Assembly: GCA_963786955.1 (NCBI GenBank)
Contig: CAWBAT010000004.1
Coordinates: forward strand, 128,001 to 192,000
Direction of reading: 5' to 3'
Origin: an uncultured Acidimicrobiia bacterium
GTDB taxonomy: Bacteria > Acidobacteriota > Terriglobia > Versatilivoradales > Versatilivoraceae
Length of the DNA stretch: 64,000 nucleotides
Part shown: piece after piece, positions 39,760 through 49,948 of the stretch
Position numbering within the stretch: the first letter of the stretch is position 1
Layout: each line of letters opens with the position of its first letter
Translations under genes and position numbers: made by a program
The notes under the pieces: model-generated
Seen by the model: the letters and a program-made list of their open reading frames with translations, nothing else
What the model was told of the DNA's origin: nothing
Databases searched by the model: none

Positions 39760-40888
39760 ATGCTGCGCTTGCAAGGTGTTGTTGCTGCGGCGGCGTTGAT
39801 CGCCGCGCTGCTCGCAGCAATGGCAACAGGAGGCCTGCAATAAAGAGCGTCGGGCAGCGACCCCGCTATCCGGTTTCTCGGCGCCGTTCGTGTTCGGTCA
39901 CTTCCAGGTGCCCGCCGACAACCCGCTGACCAAGGAATCGGTGGAGCTCGGCCGGCGGCTCTTCTACGATCCACGCTTGTCGGCTAACGGTAAAGTGTCC
40001 TGCGCGACCTGTCATATCCAGCGCCTGGCCTTCACCGATGGCCGTGTCACCAGTGTCGGCGTATCCGGCAAGTCGCTGGCGTTCAACAGTATGAGCCTGG
40101 CCAACCTGATGTGGGGTCCACAGCACTTCTTCTGGAACGGGCGCGCCGCCACGCTGGAGGAGCAGGCGCTGATCCCGATCCAGCATCCGGATGAAATGGC
40201 GCAGGACCTGGGGCGACTGGTTGCCGAACTCTCCACCGATGCCAGCTACCGGGAAATGTTCGAAACGGCTTACGGCGAAGTCAGCGTGGCAGCAATCGCC
40301 CGTGCGCTGGCTTCATTCGAACGCACCTTGATCTCGTCCAATTCGCGCTACGACCAGTTCCTGCGCGGCGAGATCACACTGAATCCGCAGGAGGAACTGG
40401 GACGCAAGCTGTTCATGGCCCACCCGGACGTCAAAGTGAGTCTGCGCGGCGCCAACTGCATAGACTGTCACAGCCAGTTCCTAACCGGCGGCTTCAGTAC
40501 GCGCTACGACGGCTTCTCCAACAATGGCCTCGATGACGAGGACCACCTGCGGCCCGGCCTGCAGGTGGTCACTGGCAACCCGACACATCGCGGGCTGTTC
40601 AAGGTACCGTCGTTGCGGAACGTTGCGCTCACCGCGCCCTATATGCACGATGGCCGTTTCAAGACGCTCGAGGAGGTGCTGGATCACTACGACAGCGGGA
40701 TCAGGAACAGCAGCACACTTAGCTCCCTGATCGTGGAGGCCGACAACCGCGGCGGGGCGGCGGCAGGACGGATCAGCCTGCATCTGACGGCAACAGAGAA
40801 GGCGGCCATCATCACCTTCCTGCGCACGCTGACGGACCAGGATTTCGTGAGCGCAGAAAAGTTCTCCGATCCATTCGCGCGCAAGTGA
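39760..40888 (+). CDS. mbnH: MbnH-like di-heme enzyme (bCcP/MauG superfamily), frameshift after the signal peptide
   Basis: CATCH and CIDCH, FFWNGRA, FKVPSLRNVALTAPYMHDG; signal-peptide ORF 39760-39843 is one base out of frame with the catalytic ORF. Confidence 0.85.
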
Positions 40889-41661
40889 ATCGCATGCATA
40901 GAGCAAAGTACGTCATACCGATCCTGTTCGCGCTGGCCGCGATACTCAGCATCACAGGCTGGTGGCTATACCGCGCAGCGCAGCCGATTGAACTGGCACT
41001 GTACTTTCATCCGTTCGTCGGTCCGGAGCCGCTGGTGCTCAACGAATCGCGCTATCCCAATCCGGGTGGCGAGGGTCGTTTCAAGGTGCGCGATTTCCAG
41101 TTTTTTCTCAGCAACATCCGGCTAACGGGCGGTAACGGCGTGTACATCGAACCCGACAGTTATCACCTGGTGCGATTCGACGGCACCGAACCCGCCTTTG
41201 GCATCGTGCTGCACGACGTGCCGCGCCGGGACTACCAGCGGATCGAGTTTGGCATCGGCGTGGATGCCGCCGCCAACAAGTCGCTTGCGCAACGCGGAGA
41301 CCTGGACCCCAACGGCCGCATGGCCTGGAACTGGGAGGTCGGTTACAAATTCGTGCTGTTCGAAGGCACACTGGTGCGCGGAAACGAGAGCGTTCCGCTC
41401 GTCTATCACGTTGGATTCGAGGAGAACTACCGGCTCATCGCGACCGAGTTGCACCGCGAGCCACTGGGCCACCGCCCCGCGCGGCTGGATTTCCGGGTCG
41501 ATATCCTGCGCCTCTTCCAGGGTTCTACAACCGTCGACATGGTGGCGCTACCCAGTGTGAAGTTCGATCGGGCCGACGCGGCGCTGCTCGCGCGCAATTT
41601 TGCCACCATGGTCAAGCCGATGTGGCCTGGTGCAGCCGGTCAACCCGACGGGGTCCGTTGA
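40885..41661 (+). CDS. mbnP: MbnP family copper-binding protein
   Basis: FFLSNIRL, FGIGVD...N, MAWNWEVGYKF (WxW motif), VYHVG; overlaps the mbnH stop. Confidence 0.85.
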   Translation: MNRMHRAKYVIPILFALAAILSITGWWLYRAAQPIELALYFHPFVGPEPLVLNESRYPNPGGEGRFKVRDFQFFLSNIRLTGGNGVYIEPDSYHLVRFDGTEPAFGIVLHDVPRRDYQRIEFGIGVDAAANKSLAQRGDLDPNGRMAWNWEVGYKFVLFEGTLVRGNESVPLVYHVGFEENYRLIATELHREPLGHRPARLDFRVDILRLFQGSTTVDMVALPSVKFDRADAALLARNFATMVKPMWPGAAGQPDGVR

Positions 41662-41740
41662 TTCTGCCGCGTCTCGTGCATCACGCCTCCTCGAAACACG
41701 CCGAAGTCGCGGTGCCGTCGCTGGCCAATTGGGAGAAGGG

Positions 41741-42007
41741 AACGGCAGAAAATCTGCACCTACACAACTTCTCAAGAAATAGAGTGAATTATTTCCCATT
41801 GTTAATGAATCATACCCGCTCAATGCCGCATAAAATCAGGGGGTTCGCGGCAGAATCCGATGTCAAGACTGAGCCCCTTCTCTTCCCTCTTCTCTCATTT
41901 CTCTTATATGAGGCAGCTGCTTCGAAGACATGCAAATGACGCATGTCTTCGCCACCTACCCATCTTGCTCCTCATTTCTTGAATAATGAAATGTGACCCC
42001 TTTTTTC
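41741..42007 (+). repeat. repeat module B, copy 2
   Basis: Direct repeat of 37830-38099; REP hairpin at 41921-41956. Confidence 0.92.
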
Positions 42008-42141
42008 CTTTAAATCCTTGGACGCAGTGAGCCAAGATTATCTTAGTGGTTAGGGGAGCCACCGAGCCGCTGTTGCATGATGACGTGAGCTCGTTTCAGA
42101 TCTTTGCCAACCCTCAAACCGCCCACCGAAGCGGGTTCCTG

Positions 42142-44628
42142 CTAATTGGCTCTTTGAAATTCGATGTCGTCATCGACCTGAATGGAGTCTGCTAACGCTT
42201 TGCCATTCGCATTGGCCAACTCGGCTTTAGCTTCGAATTTCTCGGTATACATCTGCGAATCGGCGACGGTAAAGAGGTGATTGAGGTCCGTTCCATCGTG
42301 AGGATACATTGAGATGCCGACGCTGATTCCGAGTCGTACTTCTTTTCCAGATCTTACCTTGAGCAACAAGGAATGAATCGATTTTCGAATACGGCTGGCA
42401 ATCTTCTCAGCAGTTTCACGTTCCGCGTTATACAGGAAGGCCACGAATTCGTCACCCGCGTAGCGAATACACGTGTCGTATTTGCGCATTTCTTTTTGCA
42501 GCACTTCACTCACCTTGACCAGAACATCGTCCCCTACTTTGTGGCCATATTGGTCATTAATTTCTTTGAATCGGTTCAGGTCCATGACGAGAATGGCCAT
42601 TTTTTCTTTGCTGCGTTCGGCTTTCTTAACGTTCTGGTCAAATGCCATAAACATGTAGCGTGAATTGGGTAGCCCGGTGAGTGGATCGGTCAGCGAATTC
42701 TCTTCGAAGTATTCGAACGAAATCGCATTTTGGATGGCGACGGCAGCCCGCTCGCTGATGGTCTCCATTAACCGGGAATGATCTTCCGTAAAAGGTTCGT
42801 TGTCACGATCGGTAGAGTACAGGGCAATCGCTCCCAGGACCGTATTCTTTGCCGTGAGCGGAAAAATCATGGCGTTGGTCAGTTGATGGGGTTTTTCCAT
42901 AAAGGCCAGGTTCTTGAAATCATTCGTTGGGTCGTTATTGACGACAGGCTGGTTGAAGGCGATGGAATAACCCGTCAGACCCTCCCCTAACGCCATCCAG
43001 TTCTGACTTAACTGCTCGGAGTATTCTCCCGTGACCATGGCCGGGTAGATCATGTCGGTCTTCTTGTTCTTCAAGTAAACAACGCTGCTGGTGAAGGGAA
43101 CAATCGACTGCAGCTTGCTACAGATAATGCGCAGCGTGTCGTCCAAATTCAAGCTCTTCCCTACGGTTTGAAAGATCTCGTGCAAGGCGTAAATCTCGCG
43201 ATGCGTCGAGGCGATTTCCGTGAAGCCTTTCTTCCGCAACAAGAGTTTTTGATCCTCGGCGGAGTCCGGTGAGGTCTCGGAGAGATGCGTGTTGTTCCCG
43301 TATTTGCTGATGTCAAGCATGGCCACTTCTTCCATCAGCTCTTTAGAGACACGCAGGAAGGCAGCCACGACTTTTGCGTCATAGTGCATCCCCGATTCGT
43401 TCTTCAGCAGGTCGATGGCTTCCGCGGATGTCAGGGGTGTCCGGTAGGTTCGCTGGGCGGTTAAGGCATCAAACGTATCGGCTACGGCCAGGATTTTGGA
43501 TCCGATGGGAATCTGGTCGCCCTTCAGCCCATACGGATACCCCGATCCATTTTCCCGCTCGTGATGGTAACGGATCATCGGCACCACCGGGTAAGGGAAG
43601 TGAATGGGCTCCAGGATGTTGGCTCCGATCTCAACGTGACGCGTCATTTTAGCAAATTCGGAATCCGTCAAACTTCCCGGCTTTGAAAGGATATATTCGG
43701 GTATGGCAAGCTTGCCGATGTCGTGCAGCAGTGCAGCGGCTCTGAGAGCATCCAGATCGTCGCTATTCTCGATCCCCATGCTCTTAGCGATCCCGACTGC
43801 GTAAACCTGGACTCTTCGTGCGTGTCCGTGAGTGGAATGATCCTTGGCATCGATGGCCAGCGCCAGGGTTTCAATAATCGACATCTGTAACTGGGAATGT
43901 TCCTTGAGTTGGCGCGAGGCTTCAACGAGACGGGAAGAATAGACCTTGTAGGTAGAAAGGGCAAACAGGGAGAAAGGAACAAAGAGTAAGTAGATTTGAT
44001 TTCCCAGGGCTCCGGCAAAGAAATTCAGTAAGCCAACGGCGACCGAAACGGACAAGAAAACCAGGCTGGGAACTCTGTACTCTTTCTTCCATTCCTCGCC
44101 AAGACTGGCCCCTCTGAATATCTTTGCAGCGGTAACCCGAAACAAGGAATAGCAGAGATAATAACCCGTCACCACCAGAATGATGGGCAGTAAGGAACCA
44201 TACCGAGCAATCTCGCTCAAGGAATTATTCAGAATAAAGACTTTACCCATCAGCCACAAGGCAGCCAGGCTTGAAAGGGCATCAGGCAATTTCTCCACCA
44301 GCTTCATCTTGGAAATTCGATAGGTCCGGAACAGCCACCAACTAAACGCGACCATTGCGACTAGATTGGCATTGGATGGACCAATCCAAAAGAAGGTGCC
44401 GAGATAGATGAGGTGATAATAACGAAGCTGTTTGCCAACAAATGGCAGCATGACGCTGGATTCGGCAAAGGAAAAAGCCAGAACGACCGCAAACATTGCC
44501 AGCAGGCTCCAATCTTCGCGACAAGTTAATGATTCCCAGAGGAATAGGACTGCGAGCGCTGCGACGCTGAGAAAGATCGTGCGGCCCTGATGTTTCTTGG
44601 GGGAGGTCGTGTCCGCTGTAATTAGCAT
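42142..44628 (-). CDS. membrane HD-GYP + GAF + GGDEF c-di-GMP enzyme
   Basis: TM N-terminus, LHDIGK, HHERENGSGYP, GAF, TDPLTGLPN, RYAGDEF. Confidence 0.93.
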   Translation of the reverse strand: MLITADTTSPKKHQGRTIFLSVAALAVLFLWESLTCREDWSLLAMFAVVLAFSFAESSVMLPFVGKQLRYYHLIYLGTFFWIGPSNANLVAMVAFSWWLFRTYRISKMKLVEKLPDALSSLAALWLMGKVFILNNSLSEIARYGSLLPIILVVTGYYLCYSLFRVTAAKIFRGASLGEEWKKEYRVPSLVFLSVSVAVGLLNFFAGALGNQIYLLFVPFSLFALSTYKVYSSRLVEASRQLKEHSQLQMSIIETLALAIDAKDHSTHGHARRVQVYAVGIAKSMGIENSDDLDALRAAALLHDIGKLAIPEYILSKPGSLTDSEFAKMTRHVEIGANILEPIHFPYPVVPMIRYHHERENGSGYPYGLKGDQIPIGSKILAVADTFDALTAQRTYRTPLTSAEAIDLLKNESGMHYDAKVVAAFLRVSKELMEEVAMLDISKYGNNTHLSETSPDSAEDQKLLLRKKGFTEIASTHREIYALHEIFQTVGKSLNLDDTLRIICSKLQSIVPFTSSVVYLKNKKTDMIYPAMVTGEYSEQLSQNWMALGEGLTGYSIAFNQPVVNNDPTNDFKNLAFMEKPHQLTNAMIFPLTAKNTVLGAIALYSTDRDNEPFTEDHSRLMETISERAAVAIQNAISFEYFEENSLTDPLTGLPNSRYMFMAFDQNVKKAERSKEKMAILVMDLNRFKEINDQYGHKVGDDVLVKVSEVLQKEMRKYDTCIRYAGDEFVAFLYNAERETAEKIASRIRKSIHSLLLKVRSGKEVRLGISVGISMYPHDGTDLNHLFTVADSQMYTEKFEAKAELANANGKALADSIQVDDDIEFQRAN

Positions 44629-45944
44629 GTAGGCTCCGAATTCACTTCAGTTTCTGCAATCGAACACACCCGATTTCGCCCGGTTCTCTTGGCTTGGTAC
44701 AAGTACGCGTCTGCCTTCTCAATGAGTTCTTTTTGAATGACGTCCAGATCGATCTGATTATCTAAAGAGGTTTCTTGGACACCGATACTGACCGTGATGG
44801 GATCCCCCGCTTCTGTGGCAAATGTTTCACTGACCAGCTTGCGGATCCCGTCCATGATCTTATGAGCCACATCCAACTTGGTGTTGGGTAAGATCACCAC
44901 GAACTCCTCGCCTCCATAGCGAGCGATGACAGAACCTTTTCTCAGGTTCGTGCTCAAAACGAAACCAAGTTTGCAGAGAACTTTGTCTCCAGCTGCATGT
45001 CCGAAGGTGTCATTGACCTTCTTGAAATAGTCGATGTCCAACAGAGCCAAACTAACGGGGAACTTCTGCTGGCGTGCATTGGAGAGTTCAACCCGCATGC
45101 GTTCTTCAAAAAACCTTCGGTTGTATACGTTCGTCAACTTGTCCGTGATGGCCATGGTCTGCATGGCGCTAAATTGACGCGCATTGCTAAGAGCTACCGC
45201 AATATGCCCGGATACCGTATAGAAGAGAGTCTTTTCAGATTCTGTCCAAGCAACGCCCTTGGTGCATCGATGAACCACAATGATTCCGATCAGCTCTGAC
45301 TTATAGAGAAGGGGGAATGCCATGATGCCGTGAATCTTGAACTCATCGAGGACCGTTTCATGGGCGGAGAGGGAAGGCGCGCCGAGAGTCTCGTCAATGG
45401 CAACGGGTTCCATTCCATTCGAAACCATTTTCAGAAGGAGAAAGTTCAATTTGGCTGTTTTCTGGGCTGAGCAGGAACTTGTTCCTTCGGCACAGGATTC
45501 GAAATACTTGGCTACGGGTTTTTCTTTCCCTAAGGAAATAATGACGCAGCGGTCTGCCGGGATGTGTTGGACCAATTGTTGGGCCGAGTTCTTTAAAATG
45601 TCGCCTAACTCGTTGGATTCATAAACCATCTTGATAATGGCGTCGGTCTTTTCCACTTGCTTCCGCCGAGCCTGAACCTCAACTTCCTCAACGGTCCCTT
45701 TGTTTGAGGAACGTTCATCTGCCAATTGGGCGGAAATCAAAGCAATCTCCCGGGCAATTTCGTTGGCTCGGTCAAATTTGCCGGTACGCCGATAGATGTC
45801 TTCAAGGCTTTGTTTGGCAGGCAGATAACGTGGGTAGCGTTCTAGCGCATCTTCCAAAAGCTCAATGGCTTTGGCATACGATTGATACTTGATGTAAAGT
45901 TCCGTTTCTACCATCAGATCTAAGACTTCGTTTTCGTATGTCAT
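44622..45944 (-). CDS. TPR-like + GAF + GGDEF diguanylate cyclase
   Basis: TDKLTNVYNRR, DIDYFKKVNDTFGH, RYGGEEF; ATG 45944 preferred. Confidence 0.92.
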   Translation of the reverse strand: MTYENEVLDLMVETELYIKYQSYAKAIELLEDALERYPRYLPAKQSLEDIYRRTGKFDRANEIAREIALISAQLADERSSNKGTVEEVEVQARRKQVEKTDAIIKMVYESNELGDILKNSAQQLVQHIPADRCVIISLGKEKPVAKYFESCAEGTSSCSAQKTAKLNFLLLKMVSNGMEPVAIDETLGAPSLSAHETVLDEFKIHGIMAFPLLYKSELIGIIVVHRCTKGVAWTESEKTLFYTVSGHIAVALSNARQFSAMQTMAITDKLTNVYNRRFFEERMRVELSNARQQKFPVSLALLDIDYFKKVNDTFGHAAGDKVLCKLGFVLSTNLRKGSVIARYGGEEFVVILPNTKLDVAHKIMDGIRKLVSETFATEAGDPITVSIGVQETSLDNQIDLDVIQKELIEKADAYLYQAKRTGRNRVCSIAETEVNSEPTC

Positions 45945-46370
45945 CTCTGCTGTCCTCACGTTATCTCTCCTCAAAATCTCTTTGCCAGTTGCCCTGCCTC
46001 GATCAACCGGACACCCATTGAATAGCATATGGCCTGCCAAAAATAACTTGTTTATTACCTATAACTTGATAACAACAAAGATGAAATCGGTCACTTCTGA
46101 TCGGACAAATTGTCCGAAAAGCGACCGCCCGGGAGTCTGGGCTACTTCCTACAAATGGGGATGAAGAGATTAATTAAGGAAAGGCTTGAAGTGTTAGAGG
46201 GCACGGGTTCGCCCGGCAAGATAACCGACTGAAGCTCTACGGCGTTGCTGAATCTTTCCTTGGGAAATACCTGGGTGGCCGCGCCGAGCCGCCCTCGGAA
46301 GCAGGGAAAGTTGACGACCTCCACAAGTAGTATGATGGCGCCAAGAAGTAGGGGGAGGAGTGTTGTTTCT

Positions 46371-47570
46371 TCAAAAGGAACTCTGGTTCAGATATTTTTT
46401 CTTCAGAACCTTCATTCCCTCTTTCCAATTCTCGTTGATGCCCACTTGGCAGACAGGAACTGTCGGAAGGACGTGCTTCGTAATCTTAGGAAAGCTATCG
46501 TGGTAGCGGAATTGAGGGCCCACAAAGTAAAGTAATGGAGGATGAGGACTCAACACGAGACCGGGGAAGTAGCCATTTTTTTGAAACTCTCCTCGCTCTT
46601 GGTGCCATCTTACCCTGAGCCAATAATCCAGGCCCTGCAGCGGCAATTCAATATCCTCACTCACCTTTAATTCCAGAATAGCCAATCTTCCCTGTTTCGT
46701 TACGCTCAGGATATCGATCATCCCTCGATCACCTGCTAGGAATGCCGGGACCTGAGGATAAACAAATCGGTTGTTCAGGGCGGGATCGATGGCGCTGATG
46801 TCCTCTAAAATTACTCTTTGAAGCAATCGTTCTGCAGATCCGCAAAAGCCTTGGCGCTCGAAACCTTCCGTTAAGGATCGAGTGTGATGAACACGAGTCA
46901 AGGCAGTGTCGAGATTGCCACAATCGGATAATTCCACAAAGCGGAGAGAAGCTCGAGCGACATCCATTTCCATCAATAGAATCTGACGGCCGGCGCCAGA
47001 AATCCAAGCCAGGCGGCTCCCCAGTACGAGGGCCCTCCCCGCAGGGGCGATGAGGATCAGCTTGACCGGTTTGGCGGGCTTTCGCTCCCGAACGTATTCT
47101 CTCCACAGCAAACCATGACTCAGCAAGCCGTCAATGTTTGCCTGACTTTCGTGCGGCCCCGCAGCAATGGCGTGCAATTGGCTCGTCCCTGAATTAAAAA
47201 TGACCCGGACATATTTCCCTGAGATGGGATACGTTAGATTTGAGGCAGTACTGGATTTGAGAATTGAGGCCCGAGGAAAGTTGTGCCTGATCAGATGAGT
47301 CAGAGTCTCTTGAAATTGATGACGCAGGGCTCTCATGGAGCGGGCTGAGCCATCTTCTTTTGTTTTTTGCAGGCTGCGCTCACCAAGAAGCGGGTAAGAG
47401 GATGGTCTGCCCCCTTCCGATGCGAGGGTCCCGCCCCGTTTGCGTTCCTGGTTATGACGTGTAGCTTTTGGGAGACGGTTTTTTCTAGGATCCATTCGAC
47501 CCCTTTTCCCTTGACCACTTAAAAGGAATCTTGTTATACAGAGAAAGTGTTTTGAGATACTTTCCAACAT
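46371..47570 (-). CDS. hypothetical protein with C-terminal PD-(D/E)XK nuclease-like motif
   Basis: IDILSVTKQGRLAILELKVSED..LPLQGLDYW; true start probably downstream of 47570. Confidence 0.6.
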   Translation of the reverse strand: MLESISKHFLCITRFLLSGQGKRGRMDPRKNRLPKATRHNQERKRGGTLASEGGRPSSYPLLGERSLQKTKEDGSARSMRALRHQFQETLTHLIRHNFPRASILKSSTASNLTYPISGKYVRVIFNSGTSQLHAIAAGPHESQANIDGLLSHGLLWREYVRERKPAKPVKLILIAPAGRALVLGSRLAWISGAGRQILLMEMDVARASLRFVELSDCGNLDTALTRVHHTRSLTEGFERQGFCGSAERLLQRVILEDISAIDPALNNRFVYPQVPAFLAGDRGMIDILSVTKQGRLAILELKVSEDIELPLQGLDYWLRVRWHQERGEFQKNGYFPGLVLSPHPPLLYFVGPQFRYHDSFPKITKHVLPTVPVCQVGINENWKEGMKVLKKKYLNQSSF

Positions 47571-47734
47571 TGTAAGTCATCCAATAAAAGCTTGTCAGCA
47601 TGGATTGTGTGCCAGCCTCGGATCGACAATATCAGTCCCAGAAAAGCATCCAGCAATCTGCCTGAGGTTGTGGCAGGCTTTTGACCCTGTTCACGTCATT
47701 CAAAGAAGAATCATTCAAAGAAAGGGGAAAGTCC

Positions 47735-48862
47735 GTGGTACGAAAGGTTAACGTTGCTCTCATTGGCCATCGGTTTATGGGAAAAGCCCATAGTAATGCC
47801 TATCGTCAAATGCCGCGCTTCTTTGAAAGCGCTACCATTCCTGTTATGAAGGTGATCTGTGGACGGAACGAAGAAGACGTCAAAAAGGCGGCGACCAACC
47901 TAGGATGGGAAGAATGGAGTACTTCCTGGGAAGACGTGCTTCAAAGGAAAGACATCGATGTGGTCGATATTTCCACCCCGGGTGACCTTCACACGCCTAT
48001 TGCGATTGCTGCCGCCAAAGCTGGAAAGGTCGTCTTTTGCGAGAAGCCCCTGGCCAACACCTTGGGCGAAGCGAAAAGAGTCCTGGCGGCAGTGCGAAAG
48101 GCAGGGGTCCTTCACATGATCTGCCACAACTACCGAAAGGTTCCGGCCATTGTGTTGGCTCAAAAACTGATTGCAGACGGCAGCCTGGGAGACATTTATC
48201 ACTTCCGCGGCACCTATCTGCAGGACTGGTGTATGGATCCTAAATTTCCACTTTACTGGCGCTTCGACAAGGCAAAAACAGGATCGGGGGCTATCGGGGA
48301 TTTAGGGTCTCATGTCACCGATCTCGCCCGATTTCTCATCGGTGAAATTACGGAGCTTTCGGCAACCCTGGAGACTTTCATTAAAGAACGTCCGTTGCTG
48401 GATAATCCGAACAAGAAGGGCAAGGTCACGGTTGACGATGCCAGTTCAGCCGTGGTCCGATTTGCCAACGGAGCTCTGGGAAGCATCGAAGTGTCCCGTT
48501 TTGCCAGCGGCCGAAAGAACTACAATCGCTTCGAGGTGAACGGCAGTAAGGGGTCCCTGGTATTTAATCTGGAACGTCTCAATGAACTGGAACTCTATCT
48601 CGGCAGTGACCCGGCTCACATACATGGTTTTCGCAACATCCTGGTTACCGAGAATGTGCACCCCTACATGAAATGGTGGCCACCCGGACACATCATTGGC
48701 TACGAGCACACCTTCACTCATATGGTTTATGACTTGATGCAGGGAATCTCGAAAAATCAAATGCCCTCGCCAAATTTTGAAGATGGAGTCAAGAACCAGT
48801 TGGTTCTCGACGCGATGGAGCGCAGTTCCAAATCGAAAAAATGGGTGAAAGTCGGCAGTTAG
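47735..48862 (+). CDS. Gfo/Idh/MocA family oxidoreductase
   Basis: IGHRFMG, CEKPL, HNYR, GDLGSH. Confidence 0.95.
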   Translation: MVRKVNVALIGHRFMGKAHSNAYRQMPRFFESATIPVMKVICGRNEEDVKKAATNLGWEEWSTSWEDVLQRKDIDVVDISTPGDLHTPIAIAAAKAGKVVFCEKPLANTLGEAKRVLAAVRKAGVLHMICHNYRKVPAIVLAQKLIADGSLGDIYHFRGTYLQDWCMDPKFPLYWRFDKAKTGSGAIGDLGSHVTDLARFLIGEITELSATLETFIKERPLLDNPNKKGKVTVDDASSAVVRFANGALGSIEVSRFASGRKNYNRFEVNGSKGSLVFNLERLNELELYLGSDPAHIHGFRNILVTENVHPYMKWWPPGHIIGYEHTFTHMVYDLMQGISKNQMPSPNFEDGVKNQLVLDAMERSSKSKKWVKVGS

Positions 48863-48884
48863 AAACTCCCTAAGGAGGCATGAA

Positions 48885-49886
48885 ATGTCACGACCCATTA
48901 CACTCTTCACCGGACAGTGGGCCGACCTGCCCCTGGAGGCCTTGGCTAAGAAGGCCAGCGCCTGGGGATTCGATGGACTCGAGCTAGCCTGCTGGGGCGA
49001 TCATTTTGATGTCGAGAAAGCGCTGGAAAAAGATAGTTATGTCAGAGCCAAACGAGATCTTCTGAATAAATACGGCCTCAAGTGTGCGGCCATTAGCAGT
49101 CACCTGGTTGGACAATGCATTTGTGATGAGCCGATAGACAATCGTCACAAATCCATTCTGCCGGAAAGAATCTGGGGAGACGGCAAGCCTGAAGGAGTCC
49201 GTCAAAGGGCGGCCGAGGAGATGAAAAATACCGCTCGGGCCGCGAAGTTTTTTGGAGTGGATAGGGTGAATGGCTTTACGGGCAGCAGTGTTTGGTCAAA
49301 ACTCTACTTCTTCCCACCTACCAGCCAGGCAGACATTGAAGCCGGCTATCAGGATTTTGCGAAGCGCTGGCTACCGATCCTGGAGGTTTTCAAGGCCGAG
49401 GGAGTCAAGTTTGGCCTTGAAGTGCACCCAACTGAAATCGCTTACGACATCATTACCAGTCATCGGGCTCTACAAGCGCTTAACCATCATCCAAACTTTG
49501 GATTTAACTTTGACCCGAGCCATTTTATTCATCAATTTGTAAATCCTGTGGCTTTTATTGACGAATTCCCAGATCGGATCTTCCATGTTCACGTGAAGGA
49601 TTCGCGGGTTCAGCTCAATGGGCGCAATAGTATCTTAGCTTCTCACTTGGACTTCGGAGATTCCCGTCGCGGCTGGGATTTCGTCTCACCCGGCCGGGGT
49701 GATGTGAAATGGGATGAGATTATTCGGGCCCTGAATCGAGCAGGGTACCAAGGCCCCCTGTCCATCGAATGGGAAGACTGTGGAATGGATCGGGATTGGG
49801 GCGCTCCTGAGGCCCTCGCGATGATCCGAAAGCAAGATTTTACTCCGTCGAAAGTCGCTTTCGATGCGGCTTTTGCCTCGAACTGA
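48885..49886 (+). CDS. sugar phosphate isomerase/epimerase (IolE-like TIM barrel)
   Basis: LEVHP, FDPSH, HVHVKD, SIEWED. Confidence 0.92.
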   Translation: MSRPITLFTGQWADLPLEALAKKASAWGFDGLELACWGDHFDVEKALEKDSYVRAKRDLLNKYGLKCAAISSHLVGQCICDEPIDNRHKSILPERIWGDGKPEGVRQRAAEEMKNTARAAKFFGVDRVNGFTGSSVWSKLYFFPPTSQADIEAGYQDFAKRWLPILEVFKAEGVKFGLEVHPTEIAYDIITSHRALQALNHHPNFGFNFDPSHFIHQFVNPVAFIDEFPDRIFHVHVKDSRVQLNGRNSILASHLDFGDSRRGWDFVSPGRGDVKWDEIIRALNRAGYQGPLSIEWEDCGMDRDWGAPEALAMIRKQDFTPSKVAFDAAFASN

Positions 49887-49948
49887 GCAGGGTACGGGCA
49901 GGTTACACCTCGCGCTGAAGTGATTTCCAAATAGAAATTGGAGGATTC

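Noticed and set aside
38426-41661. Methanobactin biosynthetic cluster
   Set aside because: No mbnA, mbnB, mbnC or TonB-dependent receptor in the window; only mbnH/mbnP-like genes.
37822-41939. Near-identical short ORFs at 37822-38028 and 41622-41939 (similar pair at 35551-35787 and 37641-37823)
   Set aside because: They are translations of the repeat modules, with inconsistent starts and no RBS.
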